Shown here one piece after another: positions 9,544 through 17,457 of a DNA stretch of 64,000 bases. The notes under the pieces are model-generated. The model searched no databases and had not been told where the DNA came from. It saw nothing but the letters and a program-made list of their open reading frames with translations. The position numbers and the translations under genes were made by a program. The stretch's first letter is position 1. Each line of letters starts with the position of its first letter. Origin of the DNA: Bacilli bacterium (GTDB taxonomy: Bacteria > Bacillota_I > Bacilli_A > RF39 > UBA660); the NCBI GenBank assembly GCA_017626405.1, contig JAGAIS010000006.1:7100-71099 (forward strand). Direction: 5' to 3'.

Positions 9544-10041
9544 TTATTCAAACTTTACTGTACAATAATAATTCCCATCTAATTCAGAATTTACATATAC
9601 AATTATGTCATTTGCCAGTGAATTAGATTCTTTTGTGTTAGCTAAGACTATTTTGATATTATTATCTTTAATTTGAACAAAAAAATTTTTATTAAATTTA
9701 TCAACGAGCTCTTTTTCTAATTTTTCTTCAATCGATTTATTATTGTTTAGGTTTTTTATTTGTTCATAAGCTTCATTTTTCTCTTGTACAGTTTTACTGC
9801 TACTTAAAAGAATTTCTTGTAACAATTTAGTGCTTTCTAAATGTTCTTCTTCTTTCTGTACACGCATTGCTGTAATGATTTCGCTTTCACTAATGGATGT
9901 ACTTTCAGCAGCTTCTTCTTTTTCACTAGTGTTATTAAAAACTAGATAATCACTATCATTAGGTATAGCTATATAATAAATAGCAAGCACTAAAATAATA
10001 CTAGATAATGTCAAAAACCACAACTTAGATTTATTAATCAT
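9544..10041 (-). CDS. spoIIIAH: SpoIIIAH-like protein
   Basis: The N-terminus KSKLWFLTLSSIILVLAIYYI parallels SpoIIIAH K..VWLLT.LS..VVLSVYYI. An acidic linker follows, then the EK.EAY......L helix and a C-terminal beta region ending V.F. GGAGG SD. Confidence 0.6.
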   Translation of the reverse strand: MINKSKLWFLTLSSIILVLAIYYIAIPNDSDYLVFNNTSEKEEAAESTSISESEIITAMRVQKEEEHLESTKLLQEILLSSSKTVQEKNEAYEQIKNLNNNKSIEEKLEKELVDKFNKNFFVQIKDNNIKIVLANTKESNSLANDIIVYVNSELDGNYYCTVKFE

Positions 10042-10063
10042 TGTTATCCTCCAATACTGTTAT

Positions 10064-10092
10064 ATTATATGGATAAGTTAAGAAATATATTA
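10064..10092 (-). promoter_or_regulatory. possible sigma-E-type promoter for spoIIIAH
   Basis: On the minus strand: TAATATA, 14 nt, CATATAAT, compared with the recalled sigma-E consensus kmATAww-14-CATAcanT. Chance matches are likely in AT-rich DNA. Confidence 0.25.
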
Positions 10093-10301
10093 CTAAATTA
10101 GTGTAAGTAAAATTCTTAAAACTCTTCTAATAATTATATAAAACATAGATATTCCTTTCTAATTCTCTTCTTACTTTATATATTAACGAAAAAAACTTAT
10201 TTTACTTTATTATTTTTAATAAAAGAATTATTTAAAAATTTATAATAAAACAAGTAATTTGAAAAAAGATTTACTATATATAAAAGTGAAGGGAGAAAAA
10301 A

Positions 10302-12344
10302 ATGAAAAAGAATTTAGTAGTAATTCAAGAGGAAATAAGCGATTGTGGTGTTTGTTCATTATTATCAATTATTAGATATTATGGAGGAAATGAAAGCTTA
10401 GAAAATCTTAGAATTGACTCACTAACGACAAAAGATGGAGTAAATGCTTACAATTTAATAGAGTGTGCTAAAAAGCATGGTTTCGATGCAAAAGGTATAA
10501 AATCTTCGTTAAATGAAATTCATATTCCATGTATTGCTCATATTAATATAAATGAATCATTATCGCATTTTATTGTTATTTATAAAATAACTAATAGTTA
10601 TATTATGATAATGGACCCATCTAAAGGAATGAATAAGATTAGTTTAAGCGAATTTAAAAAAATGTCATCGAATATTTTTATAGAACTAGTGCCAAAGTAT
10701 AAGTTTAGTTACAAAAAAATACGTAATACATCGGAGTTAAAATTTAAAAGTGTAATAAAAAAATATAACCATTCTCTTCTTAAAATAATCATCCTAAATA
10801 TAATATTTATCATACTTACACTTATATCTAGTTCCTATATTGAAATACTTAATTATAGAGATAATTTTTTCATTCTAAGTATATTTTTTATAATAATAAA
10901 CATACTAATTAATCTATTGTCATATTCTATTGATTCATCTGTGCTCATATTAAATAATAAAATTAATAAACAATTACTATTTGAATTTCTTTCTCATATA
11001 TTTAAACTTCCTTTAAAATATATCCACATAAAAGATAAAAACGAGATAATTAAAAGAGTAGAAGAAATAGAAATTATTAATAATCTTATGTCAAACACAA
11101 TTATCAATTCATTATTAAACATAATGGTTATAGTATCAATTATAATCATTGAATGTTTTTTGTTCATATTTAATTTAATCCCAATATTATTTTTAATTAT
11201 ACTATCATTTCTTATTACCATCCTATCTTTAAAAAAAATCAAATCATTTATTAATGAATCGATAGTTAATTCAACTAATTATAAAAGTTGCTTAATAAAT
11301 TACATAAGTAATATTAATAGTATATATCATTCTAACTCGACAAATATTTTCTTAAATATTTTAAATGATAAACTAAAGAATTATTTTGATACTGACTTGA
11401 ATAGCAATAGATATATTTCTAAAATAAAACTATTAAAGTCATCTATATCGACTACATTTATTCTTTTAACGAATCTAATTTTAATCTATTCTATAATTAA
11501 TAACGATTTATCTATATCAATAATTATTATAATAAATTATCTTAATAGTATATTATCTAACACTATCGATAATTTAACTAATACAATTCCAAGTTTTTAT
11601 TATTGTAAAAGTATATTGAATAAGGTCAATGAATTTTATAATATAGAAGAACTAAATAGTAATAATAAAGAAAATATCAATAATTATGATATCGATATAA
11701 ATAATTTGTATTATGAATATAATGAGTTTAATAAGCCAATAAAAAATTTAAACTTGAGTATTAAAAGTGGAGAAAAAGTATTAATAAAAGGATCTAGTGG
11801 ATGTGGAAAATCAACTCTTTTTAAAATATTGACGAAAGAATATCTTGATTATAGAGGATTTATAAGTTTGGGCAATAATTCTATTAAAAATTTAAGTTTC
11901 TCTCATATTGCAAACATAATATATTATTCTTCTCAAGATGAATATATTTTTATCGATACAATAAAGAATAATATTACTATGCATAACAATTATTCTGAAT
12001 CAGAAATCAATAAAATAATAAGTATTACTGGTTTAGAATTAATAATAAATAAAAAGTCTTTTGGAATCAATACATTCTTATATAGTGGAGGAGAAGAATT
12101 AAGTGGTGGCGAAAGACAGCTTATTTTGCTTGCGAGAGCACTAATCAGTAATAAAAGGATTATTATATTAGATGAAAGCTTATCAGAGATAAATGAAGAC
12201 TTAGAAGATAGTATTATTGACAATATTGTAAATTACTATCAGGATAGAACTATAATATATGTGTCACATAGAAGTAATAAAAATTATCCGTTGAAAACAA
12301 TAAATGTGGAAGAAAGGAGTATAAATGGAGATTCGAGAAAATGA
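10302..12344 (+). CDS. bacteriocin-type ABC exporter with N-terminal C39 peptidase domain
   Basis: C39 motifs: Q-x5-C (IQEEISDCGVCS), His (SHFIVIY), Asp (IMIMDPS). About 6 TM helices. NBD with Walker A GSSGCGKST, signature LSGGERQ, Walker B IIILDE and H-loop VSH. GGGAG SD. Confidence 0.9.
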   Translation: MKKNLVVIQEEISDCGVCSLLSIIRYYGGNESLENLRIDSLTTKDGVNAYNLIECAKKHGFDAKGIKSSLNEIHIPCIAHININESLSHFIVIYKITNSYIMIMDPSKGMNKISLSEFKKMSSNIFIELVPKYKFSYKKIRNTSELKFKSVIKKYNHSLLKIIILNIIFIILTLISSSYIEILNYRDNFFILSIFFIIINILINLLSYSIDSSVLILNNKINKQLLFEFLSHIFKLPLKYIHIKDKNEIIKRVEEIEIINNLMSNTIINSLLNIMVIVSIIIIECFLFIFNLIPILFLIILSFLITILSLKKIKSFINESIVNSTNYKSCLINYISNINSIYHSNSTNIFLNILNDKLKNYFDTDLNSNRYISKIKLLKSSISTTFILLTNLILIYSIINNDLSISIIIIINYLNSILSNTIDNLTNTIPSFYYCKSILNKVNEFYNIEELNSNNKENINNYDIDINNLYYEYNEFNKPIKNLNLSIKSGEKVLIKGSSGCGKSTLFKILTKEYLDYRGFISLGNNSIKNLSFSHIANIIYYSSQDEYIFIDTIKNNITMHNNYSESEINKIISITGLELIINKKSFGINTFLYSGGEELSGGERQLILLARALISNKRIIILDESLSEINEDLEDSIIDNIVNYYQDRTIIYVSHRSNKNYPLKTINVEERSINGDSRK

Positions 12345-12465
12345 ATTATGCACGATAACCGGTGGAGCTATAAAGATTGCTGGCTGGTTAATAGGCGGTG
12401 GAATATTTACACTTGTTGTAGGTATTATTGATGGATTTCTTCGACCATTAACATGTCATAAATGA
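12325..12465 (+). CDS. double-glycine-leader peptide A (46 aa; predicted 32-aa mature peptide)
   Basis: Absent from the ORF track because it is shorter than 60 aa. AAAGGAG SD 5 nt upstream; the start lies 20 nt inside the ABC gene. Sequence MEIRENELCTITGG|AIKIAGWLIGGGIFTLVVGIIDGFLRPLTCHK. The leader fits E(-8) L(-7) I(-4) GG(-2,-1). Confidence 0.75.
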   Translation: MEIRENELCTITGGAIKIAGWLIGGGIFTLVVGIIDGFLRPLTCHK

Positions 12466-12617
12466 GCGGAAAAGAATTATATTTAATCGTGGCAGGTTCT
12501 TCTAAAATTTCTGGAACTCTTCTAAATTCAGTCAGTAAGTTAATAAATACTCTATTGGACTTTGGAAGAGTTATAGGAACATCAATAAGATACTTAATAT
12601 CTGGAAGATCATGTTAA
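12462..12617 (+). CDS. double-glycine-leader peptide B (51 aa; predicted 39-aa mature peptide)
   Basis: Absent from the ORF track. Its ATG overlaps the peptide A stop (ATGA). Sequence MSGKELYLIVAG|SSKISGTLLNSVSKLINTLLDFGRVIGTSIRYLISGRSC. The leader fits S(-11) E(-8) L(-7) I(-4) A(-2) G(-1). Confidence 0.7.
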   Translation: MSGKELYLIVAGSSKISGTLLNSVSKLINTLLDFGRVIGTSIRYLISGRSC

Positions 12618-12618
12618 T

Positions 12619-12647
12619 AAAAAAGGACTTGTGTCCTTTTTTATTTT
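12619..12647 (+). terminator. rho-independent terminator closing the exporter-peptide unit
   Basis: Stem aaaaggac/gtcctttt, loop ttgt, then a T-rich run; begins 2 nt after the peptide B stop. Confidence 0.7.
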
Positions 12648-12653
12648 AAACTA

Positions 12654-12681
12654 TTAACAAATTTGCAATATATGATATAAT
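12654..12681 (+). promoter_or_regulatory. sigma-A-like promoter for cca (TTAACA-16-TGaTATAAT)
   Basis: TTAACA at 12654-12659, a 16-nt spacer containing TG, TATAAT at 12676-12681. Confidence 0.45.
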
Positions 12682-12699
12682 TTTTATAGGTGAATACTT

Positions 12700-13782
12700 G
12701 TGAATGAAAAAATTAGATTAGTGTTAAACAAAATAAAGGACAAAGGATTTGAAGCTTATTTAGTAGGCGGATTTGTTCGTGATTATTTTTTGGGACGCGA
12801 AACATATGATGTAGACATCGCAACTAATGCATTACCTAAAGACATTATTGAAATATTTAATTTAAATACTAGTACAGAAGACAATTATGGAAGTATAACA
12901 TTTAAAGATAAAACATATAGTTATGAAATTACAACATACCGTAAAGATGTATCCTATGAATCAAGAAAGCCTACAGTAGAATTTGTCAATGATATTAAAA
13001 TAGATGTTCAGAGGAGAGATTTTACAATTAACTCTCTATATATGGACATCGATGGCAACATAATAGATGAATTAAATGGAATTGAAGATTTGAAAAACAA
13101 AATTGTTAGATGTATTGGGAATATTAATGATAAGATGATTGAAGATCCTTTGCGAATACTTAGAACTATTAGATTTGCAACTTTATTGGATTTTAGAATA
13201 GAAGAAAACTTATATTTTTATATCAAACAGAATAAAGAATTGATATCTACTTTGAGTTATACAAGAAGAAAAGAAGAATTAGACAAAATCTTTAAAAGCA
13301 AAAATGTTTTGAGAGGGATTGAAATAATTAAATCTTTAGGCATAGAAAAATACTTGGACATCAAAATTGATAATGTTATTCCATGTAAGAACTATTTAGG
13401 AATATGGGCTCAAATCGAAGTAAGTTCCAAGTATCCATTTAATAATCAGGAATTAGATACAATTGAAAAACTAAAAAAAGTATTAAATTATGGTATAATA
13501 GACAACATAGTTTTATATCAATATGGATTGTTTGTCTCTATAATAGCTGGAGAAATACTTGGATATCCTAAATCATATATTTCTGAAATATATAAAGATA
13601 TGCCAATATACAATTCAAAAGATATAGTTTTAAATGGAGAAGATATTATGAAAATACTAAATATCGAACCTTCAGAAAAAATAAGTAGGATATATGAAGA
13701 TTTGGAATTAAATATCTTACACAATAATTTGAAAAATGAATATGAGGAATTAAAAGATTACATAATAAAGAACTGGAAGTGA
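12700..13782 (+). CDS. cca: CCA-adding tRNA nucleotidyltransferase
   Basis: GTG start after AGGTGA. PolyA-polymerase head motifs (YLVGGFVRDYFLGR..YDVDIAT, RRDFTINSLY, DPLRILR). Confidence 0.85.
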   Translation: MNEKIRLVLNKIKDKGFEAYLVGGFVRDYFLGRETYDVDIATNALPKDIIEIFNLNTSTEDNYGSITFKDKTYSYEITTYRKDVSYESRKPTVEFVNDIKIDVQRRDFTINSLYMDIDGNIIDELNGIEDLKNKIVRCIGNINDKMIEDPLRILRTIRFATLLDFRIEENLYFYIKQNKELISTLSYTRRKEELDKIFKSKNVLRGIEIIKSLGIEKYLDIKIDNVIPCKNYLGIWAQIEVSSKYPFNNQELDTIEKLKKVLNYGIIDNIVLYQYGLFVSIIAGEILGYPKSYISEIYKDMPIYNSKDIVLNGEDIMKILNIEPSEKISRIYEDLELNILHNNLKNEYEELKDYIIKNWK

Positions 13783-13787
13783 TTTAT

Positions 13788-14429
13788 ATGGATGAAATCG
13801 TATTTAAGACTTTAAAAGCAAAAGATTATATAATAAAAAATTATATTATTAAAGTTGCTAAAGAATTGAATTTATCTTTAAACGAGTTTATCTTGTTAAT
13901 TTATTTTTATAATCAAGAAGAACCAGTACTTGATTGTGCAGCCATTTCTAAAGCAACATCGATGACAGAAGACGAGGTGATGGAAGCATTTTCAAGATTA
14001 AATGGTATTAAACTAATCGATATCATAATCATGAAGGATGAAAAAGGAATTAGGAAAGAAACTATATCTCTTGACAATTTGACTAAACAAGCGGCAAACG
14101 ACATTGCCCAAAGTATTAAAACAAGAGAAGAGAGTGATATCTATAGCAAATTTGAAGCTGAATTTGGGCGCCCATTAAGAAGAACTGAGTACGAAATAAT
14201 AAACGAGTGGATTGAAGAGGGAATATCGAGAGATTTAATTTTAGAAGCCCTACGCTTAGCCGTTTATAACGGAGCATTATCACTAAGATATATTAGCACT
14301 ATCTTACTTGATTGGAAGAAAAAGGGATATAAATCAAAAAGTGAACTTAGTACAGGATTAAAGATAAATAATGAATCCAATATATTGGTAGATTTATTTG
14401 ATAGTGATTGGTTAAATGAAAACGAATGA
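13788..14429 (+). CDS. dnaD: DnaD-domain replication initiation protein
   Basis: C-terminal DnaD/DnaB-type repeat (FE.EFGRPL...E...I..W......S..LI.EAL..AV.N......YI..IL..W...G). dnaD-nth adjacency as in B. subtilis. Start moved to ATG 13788. Confidence 0.7.
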   Translation: MDEIVFKTLKAKDYIIKNYIIKVAKELNLSLNEFILLIYFYNQEEPVLDCAAISKATSMTEDEVMEAFSRLNGIKLIDIIIMKDEKGIRKETISLDNLTKQAANDIAQSIKTREESDIYSKFEAEFGRPLRRTEYEIINEWIEEGISRDLILEALRLAVYNGALSLRYISTILLDWKKKGYKSKSELSTGLKINNESNILVDLFDSDWLNENE

Positions 14430-15036
14430 TATAATTGAAATTCTCGATTCAATTCTACCTGATGCCAAATGTTCACTTAACTATAATTTTGACTATGAAT
14501 TATTAATAGCAACCGTATTATCAGCTCAATGTACAGATGAAAGAGTAAATAAAGTAACTCCCATTCTATTTGATAAATATGATATATTTACACTTGCCGA
14601 AGCGGATATTGAAGATATAAAAAGAATAATTACTCCTTGTGGCAATATGAATAAAAAGAGCGTATATATCAAAGAAATCGCACAATCTTTAGTTAAAAAT
14701 TTTAATGGAATAGTTCCCAACAATCGAGATTATCTTGAAAGCTTACCAGGAGTCGGAAGAAAGACAGCAAATGTTGTTTTATCAAATATTTATAACGTGC
14801 CTGCAATAGCCGTCGATACTCATGTCTCAAGAGTGTCAGTAAGACTTGGTTTAGCTAAGAAAGACGATGATGTTATGACAATAGAAAGAAAGTTAATGAA
14901 AAAGTTTCCTAAAGATAAATGGATAAAATTACATCATCAATTACTACTATTTGGAAGATATACTTGTAAAAGTCAAAATCCACTTTGTTCTAATTGTCCA
15001 CTTGCTAAATATTGCAAATATAATAAATGCATTTAA
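14416..15036 (+). CDS. nth: endonuclease III
   Basis: HhH-GPD fold (LPGVGRKTANVVL), catalytic D (AVDTHV), and C-terminal 4Fe-4S loop CKSQNPLCSNCPLAKYC. Confidence 0.9.
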   Translation: MKTNDIIEILDSILPDAKCSLNYNFDYELLIATVLSAQCTDERVNKVTPILFDKYDIFTLAEADIEDIKRIITPCGNMNKKSVYIKEIAQSLVKNFNGIVPNNRDYLESLPGVGRKTANVVLSNIYNVPAIAVDTHVSRVSVRLGLAKKDDDVMTIERKLMKKFPKDKWIKLHHQLLLFGRYTCKSQNPLCSNCPLAKYCKYNKCI

Positions 15037-15107
15037 TGCATTTTTTTCTTTACAAAAAGAATTAAAATTACTATAATAAATAGCAAATATTTGAGGAGGT
15101 TTTGCAA

Positions 15108-17396
15108 GTGTTAGAAAATTTACCTGTACTGCTATTGAGAAAACTTGTATTACTTCCTTATCAAGAAGTACGTTTAGAATTAAATATTGAACTAAGTAAA
15201 GAAATAATAGATTTATCTGAGAAAAATTACGGGAATAAATTACTTGTTGTGTGTCCAAATAACACTTTAGAGTTAAATCCTAGCGAGACAGATTTACCTA
15301 CTGTTGGTGTACTAACTAAAGTAAAATCCAAATTAGTATTGCCAAACGGAAATTACCGAGTAGTGCTATGTGGGTTAAATAGAGTTACTATTAGAGAATA
15401 TCGTAATTTAAAGACAAATAATCAAATATTAGAATCTACGGTTAAAAGACTTTATATTAATAAGGCAGATGAAGTTGAGCAAACAGCAAATCTTCGAGCA
15501 TTAAAATTATTAATTGAAAAATATATGTCCATTAATCCTCAAGCTTCCAATAGCGTTAAAAACTCAATAAGCAATATGACAGACTTAGATATGCTTACTG
15601 ATGTAATCACTAACTTTATGCCTTTTGAAATAAAGAAAAAAGTGTCTTATATGAATGAATTTGATTGCATGGTAAGAGCTAATAATTTAATTAAAGATAT
15701 CAATTTAGAATTAGAAGTATTAAGTATTGAAAATAAAATAGATGAAGAAATTCAAAACTTACTCGAAAAAGAGAATCGCGATTATATTATTAAACAAAAA
15801 ATAAATGCACTAAATGAAGAATTAGGAGTAAGCGTAGATAAACAAACAGAGATAATGGATTATGAATCTAAATTAGATAAATTAGAAATAGATTCAAAGA
15901 TAAAAATGCGAATCGGACGAGAAATTAGAAAGTATTCATATACTTCAGAATCAAATCCAGATAGTTCAGTTATTAGAAACTACTTAGATACAGTTTTAGA
16001 ACTTCCATGGAACAAATATTCAAAAGATGAGACAAATATTCAAAAAATTAAAAAATCACTCGATAAGACTCATTTTGGATTAGAAGAAGCAAAACGTAGA
16101 ATACTTGAGTTTATTACAATCAAGAAAAATAACAAGGATATATCGAGCCCAATTATATGCTTAGTAGGGCCTCCAGGAACTGGTAAAACAACTCTTGGTA
16201 TGTCTATTGCCAAATCTCTAAATCGTGAATTCTATAAAATAAGTGTTGGAGGATTAAACGATTCTTCCGTTCTTACTGGTCATAAAAGAACATATTTAGG
16301 ATCTTCACCAGGAAAAATTATTCAAGGAATAAAAAAATGTGGCACAGCCAATCCTGTTATTCTAATTGATGAAGTAGATAAAATAATTAGTGATTTTAAA
16401 GGGGATCCTAGTGCAACTTTACTAGATATACTAGACCCTACTCAAAATAGTGCATTTATCGATAATTATATTGAAGAGCCATTTGATCTATCCAAAGTTT
16501 TGTTTGTCCTTACTGCAAACGATATTAAGAGTATCTCAGAGCCACTAAAAGATCGTTTAGAAATAATTGAAATAAGTTCTTATACTGAATTCGAAAAAGT
16601 CGATTTGGCAAAAAGATATATTATTCCAAATATTGTAGAGAATTATAAAACTAAAAAGTTAAAAATTAGCGATGAAGTATTATTATATCTAATTAATTAT
16701 TATACGAAAGAATCTGGTGTTCGTGAATTGTCGAGAGTGCTTGATAAGATATACCGTTATGAAATAATGAATAATTTTGAATATAAGAATATTTCTAAAG
16801 AATTATTAGTAAATATTTTAGGACCTATAAAATATGATATAACATACGTTAGAAAGAATCATTTTGGTTCAACTTATACTTTGGGAGTTACTCCTTATGG
16901 GGGAACTGTAATATCAATTGAATCAATCGGAATTCCTGGAGATGGAAATCTAATACTCACAGGTAATGTATTAGATTCTATTAAAGAAAGTGCAACAATA
17001 GCAATTAACTATATTTTAGGCAATGCAAATCAATTTAAAATAAATTTAACTAAAATCAAAAAATTAGATATTCATATAAATGCTTTAAACTATAATATAA
17101 AAAAAGAGGGAACAAGTGGAGGTTTAGCATTTACAACTTCACTACTATCTTTATTTTTAGAAAAAGAAATACCATCTAATATTGCATTTACGGGTGAGAT
17201 TACTCTTCATGGTGATATTTGTAAAGTAGGAAGTATTAAGGAAAAAATAATAGGTGCATATAATAATGGATTCAAAAAAATTTATATTCCACTAGAGAAC
17301 ACTCCTGATTTAATAAATGTTCCAGACTATATTAAAGAGGCGGTAGAGATAAAGTGTATTTCTGATTATATGGAAGTATTTAAAGATCTATTTTAA
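15108..17396 (+). CDS. lon: LonA-type ATP-dependent protease
   Basis: LON N-domain (LPVLLLRK.VLLP), AAA+ Walker A GPPGTGKTT, Walker B ILIDEVDK. Protease domain with Ser in EGTSGG and Lys in GSIKEK. Start moved to GTG 15108, 8 nt after GAGGAGG. Confidence 0.85.
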   Translation: MLENLPVLLLRKLVLLPYQEVRLELNIELSKEIIDLSEKNYGNKLLVVCPNNTLELNPSETDLPTVGVLTKVKSKLVLPNGNYRVVLCGLNRVTIREYRNLKTNNQILESTVKRLYINKADEVEQTANLRALKLLIEKYMSINPQASNSVKNSISNMTDLDMLTDVITNFMPFEIKKKVSYMNEFDCMVRANNLIKDINLELEVLSIENKIDEEIQNLLEKENRDYIIKQKINALNEELGVSVDKQTEIMDYESKLDKLEIDSKIKMRIGREIRKYSYTSESNPDSSVIRNYLDTVLELPWNKYSKDETNIQKIKKSLDKTHFGLEEAKRRILEFITIKKNNKDISSPIICLVGPPGTGKTTLGMSIAKSLNREFYKISVGGLNDSSVLTGHKRTYLGSSPGKIIQGIKKCGTANPVILIDEVDKIISDFKGDPSATLLDILDPTQNSAFIDNYIEEPFDLSKVLFVLTANDIKSISEPLKDRLEIIEISSYTEFEKVDLAKRYIIPNIVENYKTKKLKISDEVLLYLINYYTKESGVRELSRVLDKIYRYEIMNNFEYKNISKELLVNILGPIKYDITYVRKNHFGSTYTLGVTPYGGTVISIESIGIPGDGNLILTGNVLDSIKESATIAINYILGNANQFKINLTKIKKLDIHINALNYNIKKEGTSGGLAFTTSLLSLFLEKEIPSNIAFTGEITLHGDICKVGSIKEKIIGAYNNGFKKIYIPLENTPDLINVPDYIKEAVEIKCISDYMEVFKDLF

Positions 17397-17425
17397 AAAC
17401 ATAAATATTCATTTATGTTTTTTTG
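17395..17425 (+). terminator. rho-independent terminator after lon
   Basis: Stem aaaaacataaat/atttatgttttt followed by a T-run. Confidence 0.6.
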
Positions 17426-17457
17426 ATGCATATATATAATTAGAAAGGATTGATTTA

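Noticed and set aside
10170-10282. Three copies of a TTACT(T)TAT-like motif in the spacer upstream of the ABC exporter, considered as a regulator-binding site of the LytTR direct-repeat type.
   Set aside because: The copies are imperfect, the spacing is irregular (31 and 68 nt), and no response regulator gene is nearby. Such matches are expected by chance in nearly pure A/T sequence.
10994-12223. Two minus-strand ORFs (10994-11242 and 11990-12223) inside the ABC exporter gene, considered as possible immunity genes.
   Set aside because: Both are fully antisense to the exporter's TMD and NBD coding sequence. They have no SD or promoter context, and the hydrophobicity simply mirrors the sense-strand codons.
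14947-15258. Minus-strand 103-aa ORF spanning the nth-lon junction.
   Set aside because: It overlaps the 3' end of nth, the intergenic SD and the 5' end of lon. It has no support of its own.
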